Shown piece by piece: positions 1 through 13,124 of a stretch of 64,000 nt of DNA. The stretch comes from Balanoglossus misakiensis (Eukaryota; Animalia; Hemichordata), in contig CM082596.2 in the NCBI GenBank assembly GCA_040954595.2, forward strand, positions 9,568,461 to 9,632,460, in the 5' to 3' direction. The position numbers and the translations under genes were made by a program. Every line of letters starts with the position of its first letter. Within the stretch, counting starts at the first letter, position 1. Under the pieces are notes generated by a model, which was given only the letters and a program-made list of their open reading frames with translations, searched no databases and was not told the DNA's origin.

Positions 1-329
1 TCACGAGTAAGCCAAGCCCACATCCGTGTGCAAATCGGATATATCGGTGATCTGTTTATATGATTATCATTAGCTAAGGTGGTAAACTGTTGTGATTCAT
101 ATGTGTAATTTACGTACTGCAAGTTAAATATCGCAATTAGCCTAATGTTTGACCATAGACAGTATATGGTTTGATTTCTAGAGGAGCACCTATTAATCCG
201 AGAACAAAAGGATTAAAAGTTGCGCCGTTAAATTGTGTTTTAATAACTTACTTACCACTATAAGTAGTTTAGTAACCATAATATCTTTGAAAATCATTCT
301 TTCCACAGTTCCTTGTATCAAATATAGAA

Positions 330-1082
330 ATCTAAATTTATTTTGGTGTTCACAGATGTTATTTGGTGGGTGAAATTATCTGTATTGGTGGCCATTTTGA
401 AAAATTGGTTGCCATGGAAACTCATCAACAGATATTTAGTGGCTCGCTATCTGAATTTGTTTAGTACACATTAACACACATCTGAGCCAAGTTTGGTGCT
501 TTTATCACAAAATGCACAATCGCTATGAAAATTAGGGTTTGGCCGCTCCACTACAGGGCTTTTGAATTGAATTGCCACATCGAGGCTCTTATCTCATAAT
601 GAACTTTACACTTGAAGTATTGTTTTGAACAAGGTTTAAGTCCTTTATTAAAATAAAGAAACGGTAATTTTTTCCAATGGTTGTGAGTTTTCAGTACATG
701 TACTGTTACACCTAGCTTTATTATTATTTGGTAGCCAAAATTCAACGAATTATTCATACAATATGCAAATTTGTGCATAATTATTGTTTTATTATTGCTA
801 TTTTGTGTTTATCCAACCAAAAAAGTTGTTGATGTAAACATGTAGTTTATTTTCATTGTTTAAGGAGGTACGTGAACATTTCTTTGATGCTATTCATGTG
901 AGAACTGCGATCCTTGGCGGCCATATTTGATTTGCCAAAACGAGGCTCTTATCTCAAAAAGATCTTTTGGGAACAGGCATTTTCGAAATCAGCGTAGTCG
1001 AATTAACCAAAAAACATATTTGGTTTGCTTGTACCAAAAAATGCCAGAGGGGGTCACAATTTCTCAAATCTCCACCTGACTA
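330..1082. mobile_element. Two adjacent DNA-transposon right ends terminating in ...ACTA (553, 1082), possibly Academ-like
   Basis: gccgctccacta and ctccacctgacta termini (TAGT on the minus strand); partner ends not in view. Confidence 0.3.
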
Positions 1083-1333
1083 TACCCAAACAACATGAAA
1101 ATCACGCACCCTTTTTTAAAACTCTAGACCTAGGTAAAATAATTGCCTGAACATTTTTCATCAGATCCCTTCTATATTTCCAAACACTTCTTGAACACAA
1201 ATCCAAAAATCCAATGGTCACATAATCTAATCCAAACACACCCTTCAAATAAATCTATGTCATATAATCCAATCAAAGCACATATTTCAAATACATTTAC
1301 ATCCAACAATTGTCAGGAAAATGTGGAATTGAA

Positions 1334-1660
1334 AGTCTCTAGAGCTGCCACTTTTTAGCATTAATTTCCATCTTAAATTAGTCCATCTAAATAAGCTTAC
1401 TTAGGTATACATGAACACCTTATCAATGCCCGATTATGACTGCATGTTGCAATTTGAACACTTTTGTATTAAAACGGTGCCGCACCCATTTCATCGGCCT
1501 CCATACAAACAGTACGCAGCTATCGTGGTATGCGTCGCCAAAAGATGACAAACTGATTCAAATGCAAGTAATATGGCTTAAGTTGAGGATTTAGAGGATA
1601 GGGAATATATTTGAAGTATTTTATTGTTGAAAAATGTGAAATTTGGCAGCTATACAGGCT
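1334..1660. mobile_element. Kolobok-like MITE
   Basis: tgaa|agtctctagagctgcca ... tggcagctatacaggct|ttaa (imperfect TIR). Confidence 0.5.
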
Positions 1661-4600
1661 TTAATAGACAGGCATTGAAATGACTTTACAAACAAATTTT
1701 TCTTGAATGTTTAAGGCAGACAGAATCAACCCACAGTCAGCCTAAAATATATAAACTATTACAAAATGTTAATTAAATGGAAAATTTTGAAAAAATTTGC
1801 TTGGCCACTCATTTGATTGCATTTTTTCCATTTCATATGTTAGGCATGGTATATCATATAATTTGTTGTGTTGTGTATATATTATGCTTGAAAACCAATT
1901 GACGGAAATATTAATTTAGAATAATGGTTATATTTTGAGAAATCACAAATATTTCTACATCACTCCCACATCATTGGTTGCTTAGCAACAGACATTCACC
2001 CTCCAAGCAAATTAATATCCTTTGAGAAGTATCATGTGGAGAGGATCATGCAGTCACATAATCTTTGATTTGTACCATCCACCATTTCATTGTAGGCTTT
2101 ATCATAAAGGTGTTGTTTGGATTTCTGGCAGTTTGTAAGGTGATATGAGAAATGCATTCCTTTCTGGCAAAAGACAACAACGTGTACTGCAAATTAATAG
2201 CTGGAATCATGATGATGATGATGATGATAATAAATATTATTTTTTTTAAAAACAATATTTTGAAAATAAATGTAAAAGAGATCGCCCAGCGTCTCTCTCA
2301 TATACAGGAGTGACGTCGTAAAGACACACAGCTCTGCCCAGCATAGCTCTGGACTTATACGCTGTTTGGGTCAACGCTGCTCTCCCTCCCCACAGCTATG
2401 GAGCCATCCATAGGAAAATCCGTTGGGTGCGGAGCAAAATGATACGCACCGATTTTCAAACAATAAACTACATGAACATGTACATAATGTTGTCAGAAAT
2501 AAAGATCGAACGAAAATTTCACAAATGGGAACCTACTTGACGTGTTTGTCGCCGAATCGTAAACGTCGTTAATGCAGCGCCGTAAAACTGGTGACCCTCC
2601 CATACAAACATGGACGTTCGCCTTCATTTAAGTCATGTGATCAACACGTGACACGTGTTTTACTATGCCAAGCAGAGCTACATGGCGCCTGCAATCTGCA
2701 TGTGGCTAAAACGGCACATATTCTAAGTTGTGCGTTTAATGTATCAGTGGAACAATACCTTCATTTTGCAGCTGTGTTGTTTTCATGTTCGCGGAAAACT
2801 TCTTTGCCACCATCGGTTTAAAACCATTGCATCAGGTGAATCTCAATTTTTAAGAGCGATACTTCAAACATGCAGCACTGTTTACAAATCGGGGTCAAAG
2901 GTTATATAAGAATAACCATGTACAGTTGGTATTTTTCGGATGTACCTCTGGCCATGGCCTTGGTCTATAAATTGTTCTTGACAACATATATTTTTAAAGA
3001 TTTTGGTTTACTGAATTACATCTATAGCTTATAGTGATGGCTGTTTACCTAATAATTATTTTAAAAACGCCAACTTAGCTGGCGCTGGATCGAGGGTACA
3101 GGACTATCGTAGGTCAAGGGTCAATCGTGAATGTTTTGGTCGCGAATCAGCTGATCTTTTACAACAGCGTGTTACGCCCCTTTTTTAAATTTCTCATGAG
3201 TGGAGACGTCAGTGAAAGAACATATTTCGGATAATGGAGCATTCTTGGCAGTGTTTTCAAAGGGTTTCGCAACCTTTCTACATGGGACGCGGCGGCGCTT
3301 GGCAGAACTTTGCGAGGTGGTCGTCATCACAGGTCGCACCGTAGTTGAGAGAGAGAGCCATGACACTGACAGAGCCGGGTGAGTGATTGAGATCCTGGAT
3401 CAGTTGCCGTCACTCAGATCACTAGACATTCTCTCTCATTAGGGTGTAGCTACGGTGTTGCCACGGGACCTACGACGTTTTATCGTGACGTCGGTGTTGC
3501 CCCGACCGGCTAGGGAAGTATATCAGATATGATGAGTCCGGTGATGACTTGGCTTTATGGCAGTCGCTGTGCCTGTCGATAAAGGAAAGGAACATGAGTA
3601 CGACGCGCCGCCAGTGTGATTAGCATCGCTTGGAGCAAGACTAGATGACAGACATCGCCAGGGTCGTTGGCAAGACCTTGGCGGGCAGAGATGTGTGACA
3701 CAGGTCCTCCTACAGGTAAGCCAGTCTTAATTCTTTTACATGCTTTTCAGAGTCAGCTTTTTGAGATGGTGAGATCTCTGTCGTGTGGTTTCTCTGTGTG
3801 ACCTTTAGCTCTGCATACAGCCGGGAACACACAGACCTGTACGCAGAGCTATGTGACCTTCTGAGTCATATAATAATGTCACATTTAGTACTACATTATC
3901 TCTATGGAAACACAGCTAGGGGGAGGGTGGGGGCGGGGGGGGTTCTATGCTGGTTTCCCCCATCATAGACCCACCCGTGACCCCCACCACAAAAATCTGT
4001 AGTGAAACAACAGCCAAACCAGTGCACTATATCACAGTCCCTCTATTACATACTGTGACTGTATAAGCTAAAAAATAAGACATTCACTTTTTGAAATAAA
4101 CATTTCTCTGTTAATTATCTCTGAAAGCTTGATATAGGAGAACATTTCGGTTACTTCAATGTCACCATTGTTTTCACTACTATCACGTAACAAGCAATTT
4201 AAATTACCTTCGCAAAAACAGTATGCTCTATGTTTTTTTGTTAACGCTTTGAGATGTCTGGCTCAAATCTGCGTGAATGCAAGCTGTCATAACTATTGTA
4301 CAAAGTAGTGTCTCATTTTTTTTTAAAGCAACTAGCTTGATTTTTAAAATGAAAAAAAATTCTGATAGACTAGGAATAGTAGGATTTATTCACTGCTCCA
4401 GAAGTTTTCTGAATTACAATGCACTTAACGGGACATTAGCTGTAACTTTTGGCTTTAATTGATGTACATATATTTTTGTTCTGAGTATCAATGGGAATTT
4501 CTTGTTCTACTCCAAACAGCATGCTAATGTACCCATTTATACTTCACTTGTCAACATAGCCCGTGAATGTGTAATGTTATCATTCACAGTTTTTTACTAC

Positions 4601-5300
4601 TGTTACGTAAATATGCAACATGTCTAAAAAATATGTTTTTATAGAATATATTTATTTATTTAGAGTAAAATGTTTTTGGTGACATTTAAATATTTAGTGG
4701 ATGGTATTTTATACATCAATTGTGGGTTTCAACATATTGTTGGGAGTAGCACAAGAATCTTCAGTGGCCACATAGAATTAATTTTCAACCTTCAGTAAAA
4801 CCTGTCAAAACCAAACCCTGTCTAATCTGGAAACCTGTCTATACTGAACACCTTTTCAGTACCTTCGACATAGAATCACATGTTAAAAGAACCTTTACAA
4901 ACTGGAAATGTCTGTAAACTGAACAATTTCTTCAGTGCCTTCAGTGTTCGGTTCACACAGGTTTTACTGTATTTAATTTCTCACACTCCTGGCCGCTGGG
5001 AGTGTGGGATAGGATATCCCCGACGAGTGTGAGAAATACGATCTCAGGTCCTTGGGAGTGTGAGATTCTATTATTCTCACACTCTCACTGAATCGAAAGC
5101 TGTATATGACCCGAGCGCTGATTGGTTGACAAAGAGTTCTTTCTCTTCGCGCACTAAATGTTATCCAATGGCGCGATGTGTATTACAGGCACAGAACTAT
5201 AACGTGCCCCCAGACGATAGTTCCAGAGTCATTTATTCAATGTTTTAACGAATTTGGCTAATTTGTGACTGTGTGAGAAAAATAATCTCACACACCAAGG

Positions 5301-8300
5301 TATGGGGTGAGAACACCGCCAAAAATAGCTGATGTCTTTATTTGGTAGTTTTCTCATCATTATTATGCTATTATGTCATTATTTGGCCATTACCTTGGCC
5401 ATTATTATGCCGTTATTTGGTTCTTTGGTATTTATGTCATGGTCTCGACATTACCTCGACCATTACCTCGGCCATTATTTGGTTCGCTCGACATTACCTC
5501 GGTCATTATTATGCCGTTATTTGGTTATTTGGCCGTTATTATGTCATTTTTCAGTACTGATGTCTTTATTTGGAAGTTTTCTCATCATCATTATGCTATT
5601 ATGTCATTATTTGGCCATTATTTGGTTATTTGGTATTTATGTCGTGGTCTCGACATTACCTCGGCCATTATTTGGTTCGCTCGACATTATTTGACCTGCT
5701 TTATTATTTGAACTCTTGCTCGGTACCCAGAATTCATTGCACAAAATGGCGACGGTATGAAAGTTTCGCGGGCCGTGGCCGACGACAGTCTTGTAAACAG
5801 CACGCGTGGGTAAACAGTCAGGCCTCGAACTTAACGCCGGCCCACCGGCCCCGGGCCGGTAAATATTTATAGTGGGCTGGTTATTTTCACATCTTGTCGG
5901 CCCAATTGGGCCGGTGAATATACACAAATAAATCAGTAAAACATACTGCAGAATCAATATTCTATTGTAAAAGTTATATAGAAAGAAAGATTTCAAGAAA
6001 AAAAACAAAGTTTTGTGTCTTTATATGCCGTTTTTTCTTATTTTATCGAAGATATAATCGGCCGTCAACGCGCTGGCAGGGTTACGCGATTAAAGTTCAT
6101 TGATTGATATGTAAATTAGGAGAAGCCAACGTACGCGCGCGTTGGTGAACCCGACCTGACCCCTTCCACCCCATGCCCAGGCCATGCGCTCACTGCGTAA
6201 GCGTGTCTAAATATAGCTCGGATATATTTGTATAAATTACTGCTTTGTTCTTCTGAAGTTTGCCTGATAGAATAAAAATGCGTCTTAAAGTTTGGGTTTA
6301 CTAAAACTTAGAAGGAAGTTTGTAGTTAGTGTGCCATCAAAGTGGGAAAGGAAAGGAAAGACAAGGACACTGCCAGGAGTCTAATACATCAAAGATGGAC
6401 CAGAGAGCAGTGAATAATTCATGTATTTTGCCAGAACACCTATAGTCAGCACATGACATTACATACTTGAAAAGGGAAAATTTTTAAATCAAAACATTTC
6501 AGCTGATCCTGCTGATATTTTTTTTCAAAATAGATTTCTCTCATAACTTCTACTGGTGAACCGATTTTTTTTTTCAAAATGCATTTCTCATACCTTGCAC
6601 TGGTGCGATTTGATATAATACACAATAAATTCCATCACCAATATAGCAGTAAAACACGGGATACAAAATCTGAGATGTCTTAGGATGTTTTTGAACTAAT
6701 CCGTAACCATTTAGACACTCAATAGACACTCCGTTTAAATTTAGTATTAAAATTTGGCCCCACACACATAAATGGCCCACCACAAATATATTCTGTATTT
6801 TCCCCAGGATGACCAAATTCAGAATTTCAGTTTCAGATCTATTATTCTTAGAAAATGGTTACGGATTAGTTTTGAAAAAAAATATCAGCAGGATCAGCTG
6901 AAATGTTTTGATTTAAAAATTTTCCCTTTTCAAGTATGTAATGTCATGTGCTGACTATAGGTGTTCTGGCAAAATACATGAATTATTCACTGCTCTCTGG
7001 TCCATCTTGGATGTATTAGACTCCTGGCAGTGTCCTTGTCTTTCCTTTCCTTTCCTTTCCCACTTTGATGGCACACTAAGTACAAACTTCCTTCTAAGTT
7101 TTAGTAAACCCAAACTTTAAGACTCATTTTTATTCTATCAGGCAAACTTCAGAAGAACAAAGCAGTAATTTATACAAATATATCCGAGCTATATTTAGAC
7201 ACGCTTACGGAGTGAGCGCATGGCCTGGGCATGGGGTGGAAGGGGTCAGGTCGGGTTCACCAACGCGCGCGTACGTTGGCTTCTCCTAATTTACATATCA
7301 ATCAATGAACTTTAATCGCGTAACCCTGCCAGCGCGTTGACGGCCGATTATATCTTCGATAAAATAAGAAAAAACGGCATATAAAGACACAAAACTTTGT
7401 TTTTTTTCTTGAAATCTTTCTTTCTATATAACTTTTACAATAGAATATTGATTCTGCAGTATGTTTTACTGATTTATTTGTGTATATTCACCGGCCCAAT
7501 TGGGCCGACAAGATGTGAAAATAACCAGCCCACTATAAATATTTACCGGCCCGGGGCCGGTGGGCCGGCGTTAAGTTCGAGGCCTGACTGTTCACCCACG
7601 CGTGCTGTTGACAAGACTGTCGTCGGCCACGGCCCGCGAAACTTTCATACCGTCGCCATTTTGTGCAATGAATTCTGGGTACCGAGCAAGAGTTCAAATA
7701 ATAAAGCAGGTCAAATAATGTCGAGCGAACCAAATAATGGCCGAGGTAATGTCGAGACCACGACATAAATACCAAATAACCAAATAATGGCCAAATAATG
7801 ACATAATAGCATAATGATGATGAGAAAACTTCCAAATAAAGACATCAGTACTGAAAAATGACATAATAACGGCCAAATAACCAAATAACGGCATAATAAT
7901 GACCGAGGTAATGTCGAGCGAACCAAATAATGGCCGAGGTAATGGTCGAGGTAATGTCGAGACCACGACATAAATAGCAAATAACCAAATAATGGCCAAA
8001 TAATGACATAATAGCATAATGATGATGAGAAAACTTCCAAATAAAGACATCAGTACTGAAAAATGACATAATAACGGCCAAATAACCAAATAACGGCATA
8101 ATAATGACCGAGGTAATGTCGAGCGAACCAAATAATGGCCGAGGTAATGGTCGAGGTAATGTCGAGACCATGACATAAATACCAAAGAACCAAATAACGG
8201 CATAATAATGGCCAAGGTAATGGCCAAATAATGACATAATAGCATAATAATGATGAGAAAACTACCAAATAAAGACATCAGCTATTTTTGGCGGTGTTCT

Positions 8301-8309
8301 CACCCCATA
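5301..8309. mobile_element. Foldback/TU-like element: inverted arms 5301-6530 and 6870-8309, 339-bp loop, CCAAGG duplication
   Basis: Arms are near-identical reverse complements. The outer domain is tandem repeats (one extra 205-bp unit in the right arm). ccaagg at 5295-5300 and 8310-8315; the paralogous empty site near 29284 has a single copy. Confidence 0.92.
5330..5695 (+). repeat. Complex minisatellite (~205-228 bp units of CATTATTTGG/CATTACCTCG subunits), left arm
   Basis: Direct reading; mirrored at 7710-8280. Confidence 0.9.
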
Positions 8310-8578
8310 CCAAGGACCTGGGATCGTATTTCTCACACTCGTCGGGGATATTTTGTCCCACACTCGCCTGCGGCTCGTGTGGGAGAGAAAATCCCCAACT
8401 CGTGTGAGAAATACGATCCCAGGTCCCTGGGAGTGTGAGATTCTATTAATCCCAAATGTCATAGCAGCTGCCCCTTTAAAACAATTTCTTTAAAAAATGT
8501 GTTTCTAATAGATTTGGTCAGGTGGAAAAGTATGTCACATACTGTTTTCACTGAACACTGATGTGGTTGCAATTTTAT

Positions 8579-10017
8579 CAGGGCTCGAAATTCGCGGTAG
8601 CCCCGCGTCCACAGACTACCAATGTTTGCGATCGGGCTACCAATTTGACACCAGTGGTAGCCCGATTGGGCTACCATGCGTGCGACGTATCTTGGACTTG
8701 TTACAGTTTATAATGATACAACCAGCAGTGTTTTCTCCAGGACGCGCGATTCCCCCTCTTTTACACTTGAATCGCCCCTTGTAACAAGTTCAAGGGGCGA
8801 CCATCGCCCCTTCGTGAGCAGCCCACCCGGCCAGTACATGCGCGTCCAAGCCTCCGTAGCATGCACCGTCAGTCAAAACACTGGGAAAACGGCCGATATT
8901 ACTGCGTGCTGGCCTATACATTTTAACTTCCCACCCCCCAAAACTATGTTGTAGATGACTTTCACATTCATTCACGTGTAATTTAGCTCCAGGGCTATAG
9001 TGTGCAATTGTTGGAACAGCCTATCTGGACACCATCTAAATTTAGAGCACACACTCTGCACTCAAGTGATGGCTGAACGTAACAATTTTATGCAAATTAA
9101 AAGAACTGCGTTCATCTCAGTTTTCCATGACCTTGTTTGGAAGGAAAGTCATTCAATATGTACAGAGACTGTCCATTTGAGTAGTGTGCTTAGCCACAGA
9201 TGGGAAGTGTTGGCAGAAATCTGAAGGAATATATACTACTTCAATTTATTTCACTATAATAATGGTTTCAAAATCTATTATTTTGGCAGCTAAAAAAACT
9301 GAAACTTTTAAAATCAAACAAGAATTTTTTTACCGGGTATAGTATTAAAGAAAGACACTATTGTTTTTGCAGTTGCATTTATTTTATTCATTTCACTCTC
9401 CTTGCCAGGGGAGCAGTTAGTCACTCTCCTACCACTTGTGTAATTAATTTCAGGAGAGTTATTTTCAGCTCTCCAGGCTTTTTTAAATTACATGCCCTGA
9501 AAGTTATGCAAGTTGGTGTCTTCCTCTGCAAAACCTACTAATTTAAAGAAGAAAAAACTGTAACTGTTAATTTGTTGTCAAGTTCACATGTAAAATGTTG
9601 TAATTTACTAATACTGTTTTTAATATGGAATGAAGGCAGTTAGTAAGTTAACGTTCAAAATTGTCAATCGTGACATTTACTTCGACCAAATCCCCCTTAA
9701 TTTTGGACTAAGGGGGGGACATTCCCCCTTCTCTCAACATCCTGGAGAAAACACTGGGTTCAACCGGCCGCGGACTCGTGTGCATTTTGACACGTGTCAA
9801 TCAACAATATAATTGTTCACCATAGCAGTATGTATATTAAAAATTTACCAACGTTCTCAAACAGATATAGACCTGCTACCGTACATGTAGCAGTATACAA
9901 TGTACATTGATTTATCATTGTATTATGTGGACTACCAGCTATTGCTCTTGGGCTACCAACTTTAGAAAATGGTAGCCCACTGAGGCTACCAAGAAAAAAA
10001 ACGAATTTCGAGCCCTG
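8579..10017. mobile_element. hAT-like non-autonomous element with a nested second hAT-like element (8726-9756)
   Basis: CAGGGCTCGAAATTCG ... CGAATTTCGAGCCCTG with ggtagccc/gggctacc subterminal motifs; inner CAGTGTTTTCTCCAGG ... CCTGGAGAAAACACTG; no clean 8-bp TSDs. Confidence 0.7.
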
Positions 10018-11097
10018 TTTATTGACACAAATTAAATCACACTATGCATCACATTAGACTTAGGGGTAAACCATTTTATATTTAGGAGAGTGCAGTTTAG
10101 TTTCTACTCTGCCTATTCTCTGATGTTTTTTCTTTACTATTTGGCAGAGGCAAAATGCAGACTAGTTATGGAAGTGTTCCTAAGTAACTATGCATAAATT
10201 ATTTCTATTAATCTAAGCACAACATGTAAAATATAAATCAACCAGGTAGACTCATGTCTCCCCCTACAGTAATAGTGACAATTCCTTTTATAGTACCCAA
10301 CTTACTCAAGTAAACACACGTGATGTTAGCAAACAGTCCTACAGGTATAGCCTGGACCCCTGTCCCATTCCTGCTGCTGGTAGTGACAGCAGGGTTAGAA
10401 AGTGGGCAGAGAACAAGAGTATCTTACAGGCCTCTTTCATGACCCCTGTGTGACCTTACATCCTGGTGGTTTGTAGGTATGACATCATTCATCATTCAAT
10501 GTTGAACAGCTAACCTTTTCTAACAGGCAATGTTCACCAGTTTTGTTCAAGGATGAGAAAAAATGCATTGATTCAATAGCATGGTTGGTAAACTCGAAAT
10601 TGTATACTCACACCGACAAAAAGCCAGGATGTAGAGGTCAAAAGGGGTCATAAAAGTGGCATGATATAGCACAGTTGCCAGTGGTGTAATGTTTATATGA
10701 ACTGTGCAACTTCATTCATATTTCTTAGTGGCAGTAATGTTATTATAAATATAAACTGACATCTGAAATCACTTTGCGATGTCGAAATTCAGTGGGAAGA
10801 AACAAACGCCAAAAGTTACCACATTTTATACTGACACTTACATGTATTTGTTTTGTACAGTTTACCCTATGGATCCAGCTATCATAGGAATAGGTGCAAT
10901 AATTGTAGCTTTGGTGGGCTGGTTGATCGCTTATGGGCTTGATCAATCATCCCATCTAGGCTACAATTATTGCAGATATCATAGGAAGGGCACATTGGGA
11001 ACACCCCCCTCCCCCCCCCCCCCCCTCACACACACACACAATTTGGGTGACAACACAATATATATATGATGCAGTCTACAAGTTGCACCCAAATATC

Positions 11098-12410
11098 TTT
11101 AGGTCCCATTTGTATATACTGGTGGTACCTTATGAGATCGGTTGCGTCTGTATGGATGTATGTCCGTTCACATCAAAAACTTGAAAACCGCTGAGCATAT
11201 AACCTCGATATTTGGTGTGCAGATGCAGGCAGGGCTGTAGATGGGAGTTTGTTCAAATGAAGTTGTTGGGAAAAACGTAAATTTGGCCAAAACTCAGAAA
11301 CTCAACAACCACTGGTCATATTGATTTGAAAATTGGTATGCATGTACCTTATATTAACGTCACACAGTTGTGTATGTTTTGAACTAATAGTTTGAATTTT
11401 CTATAATTTATGTATTTTTTTGTCTTTTTCCAAATTTTTGGTAAAAAATCTACTTTTCTGGAATTGATGATCTGACTTCTTTGAAATTTAGTATGGGGCT
11501 TCATATAGGTGATGTGAGTTATCAAAGTTTTGTTTAAATTTGCTGCAAAATTTGCAAATTTATAATTTTGGTGCAAATTTTGCCTTTTTGATCAATTTTT
11601 TTTCTGTAAAACCACTTGTCAGATTGCTTTGAAATTTGGTAGGCATAGAGATGTGTGTTTGTCAAATCAACTTGTAGAATTCAATAGTATATTTTTGGGG
11701 TGATTTTTGCCATTTTTGGTCAAAACTCTTTCTCAGAACCCTCTACCCCATTGCTTTGAAATTTGATTTGAAGGTTCCATGGTGAGTTGTCATGATGATT
11801 TACAAAACCTATGATGAAAGTGTCAATGTTTTGTGGGGGCAATGTCTTGTATTTTGGGGGTATATTTACAGTCAAACCTGTGTATAGTGGCCAGTCAAGG
11901 GACCTTCATAAACTGGTCTTTATAGACAGGTGGTCTTTATAGACAGGTCAATTAATGCACATGTAAGTTGCACAGGGACTGTAACATAGAGGTGGTCACT
12001 ATATAGAGGTGGTCACTAACACAGGTTTGACTGTACCAATTTTGATAAAACATTATATTTCCCTGACTGTATGGCTGATTTCTATAAATTTGAGTTGTAA
12101 GTTAATGGGATTGGCTTCTTTAGAATTATTATGAAATCATATCATAGGTAATTTGGAATTTCTACTGGGCTTGCGTATGATATTTTATTTTTTACGCGCA
12201 GTGCACGCAAAGAGCCAATTTTTTTTCGTGAAATTGTATTTGAATTACGTGCAACAAAATAGCGATAGACAAGCAGGCTTTCAGATAAACATACTTGAAT
12301 GAGTTCTCCCTTCATGTCTAGATGGCCCAACACAAAAAATATCATTTAGAATGTAGCGAATAAAGTACATAAACATCATGAAAGAGACTGTTTACAGTGG
12401 TCCCCCCCCC
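11098..12410 (+). mobile_element. Helentron-associated (DINE-1/HINE-like) element; partial inverted copy ~14150-14522; related arrays ~43520-44200 and ~47240-47730
   Basis: T-rich start, short IR aggtccca..ggtacctt, TGTA/GGAT microsatellite, internal repeats of cttgtcagattgctttgaaatttggt; right boundary approximate. Confidence 0.55.
11869..12033. mobile_element. Tc1/mariner MITE (CAGTCAAACCTG family; relatives at 4793-4969, ~13533-14670, ~18231-18392, ~23288-23449)
   Basis: ta|CAGTCAAACCTGTGT ... ACACAGGTTTGACTG|ta. Confidence 0.85.
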
Positions 12411-13039
12411 CATACATATTAGTACAGACAAGGTATGGAATTCTTGTGTTATATCATCAAGGAAAATGACCCAGAAGCCCTACTTGCTTTGTTATATCTA
12501 ATGGCTTCTGTGTGCATAAATTATAGCCCCGACACGTGTCAAGTTTGTGGCCTAGGTTACCGCACGTACATCACTGTGCGTCCTGCTACAGCATACAAGC
12601 GCGCGTACGCGTACATGTGTACAGGGCGCCTGACCGGCCAACCTTGACAAGGCGCCCCAGATAGCCTCGCCCGCTGTTATCTTTCAATGGATTTTTTTTT
12701 GTGCGCATGTCACGCAACTGTGACAAAATATTTGCGCGCACACATTGTAGTTTTGTGTTATTTAGTGTTATTTTAAATGGGTGTCACACCGATTTAATCA
12801 GCCTCCATTCAAAGAGTACACAACAGTCGTGTTATGCATTAGCAAAAGATGATAAACTGATGCGGATACAATCAATATAGCTTAATGGTGATGATTCTAA
12901 AGCAGAAGGGTAATTGTCATTATTATCATACATGCAGAGCCTGAATTTGCCACTTTCTATTGTTCTCACCAAATTTAGTGTAATAACCCCTAAGTACACC
13001 CTCTAATTTTAAAGAACACTAATTATGGAAGCCCATTAA

Positions 13040-13124
13040 CCCTTTCACAACCAAGGTTCAGTCCAAACCCATTGATTTCCATTAAAAGGTTCGACCTGTA
13101 TAGAAGGAACTTGGGGTGAAAGGG
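13040..13124. mobile_element. 85-bp piggyBac-like mini-MITE (related copies ~15441-15525, ~19667-19751, ~30712-30790)
   Basis: ttaa|CCCTTTCAC ... GTGAAAGGG|ttaa. Confidence 0.8.

Larger units (their letters stand above)
4975..8447 (+). mobile_element. Hairpin-terminated non-autonomous element, family 1 (partial hairpin 4975-5086, body ~5087-5284, terminal hairpin split by the foldback insertion)
   Basis: Short IR ttctcacac...gtgtgagaa around the body; ~150-bp imperfect palindrome centred on ctcgcctgcggctc (8363-8376). Confidence 0.75.

Noticed and set aside
5330-5695. CRISPR-like repeat pattern
   Set aside because: No constant repeat with unique spacers; eukaryotic context; no cas genes.
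5332-8278. Many overlapping ORFs (up to 194 aa) in the foldback arms
   Set aside because: By-products of stop-poor tandem repeats; open in several frames and mirrored in both arms.
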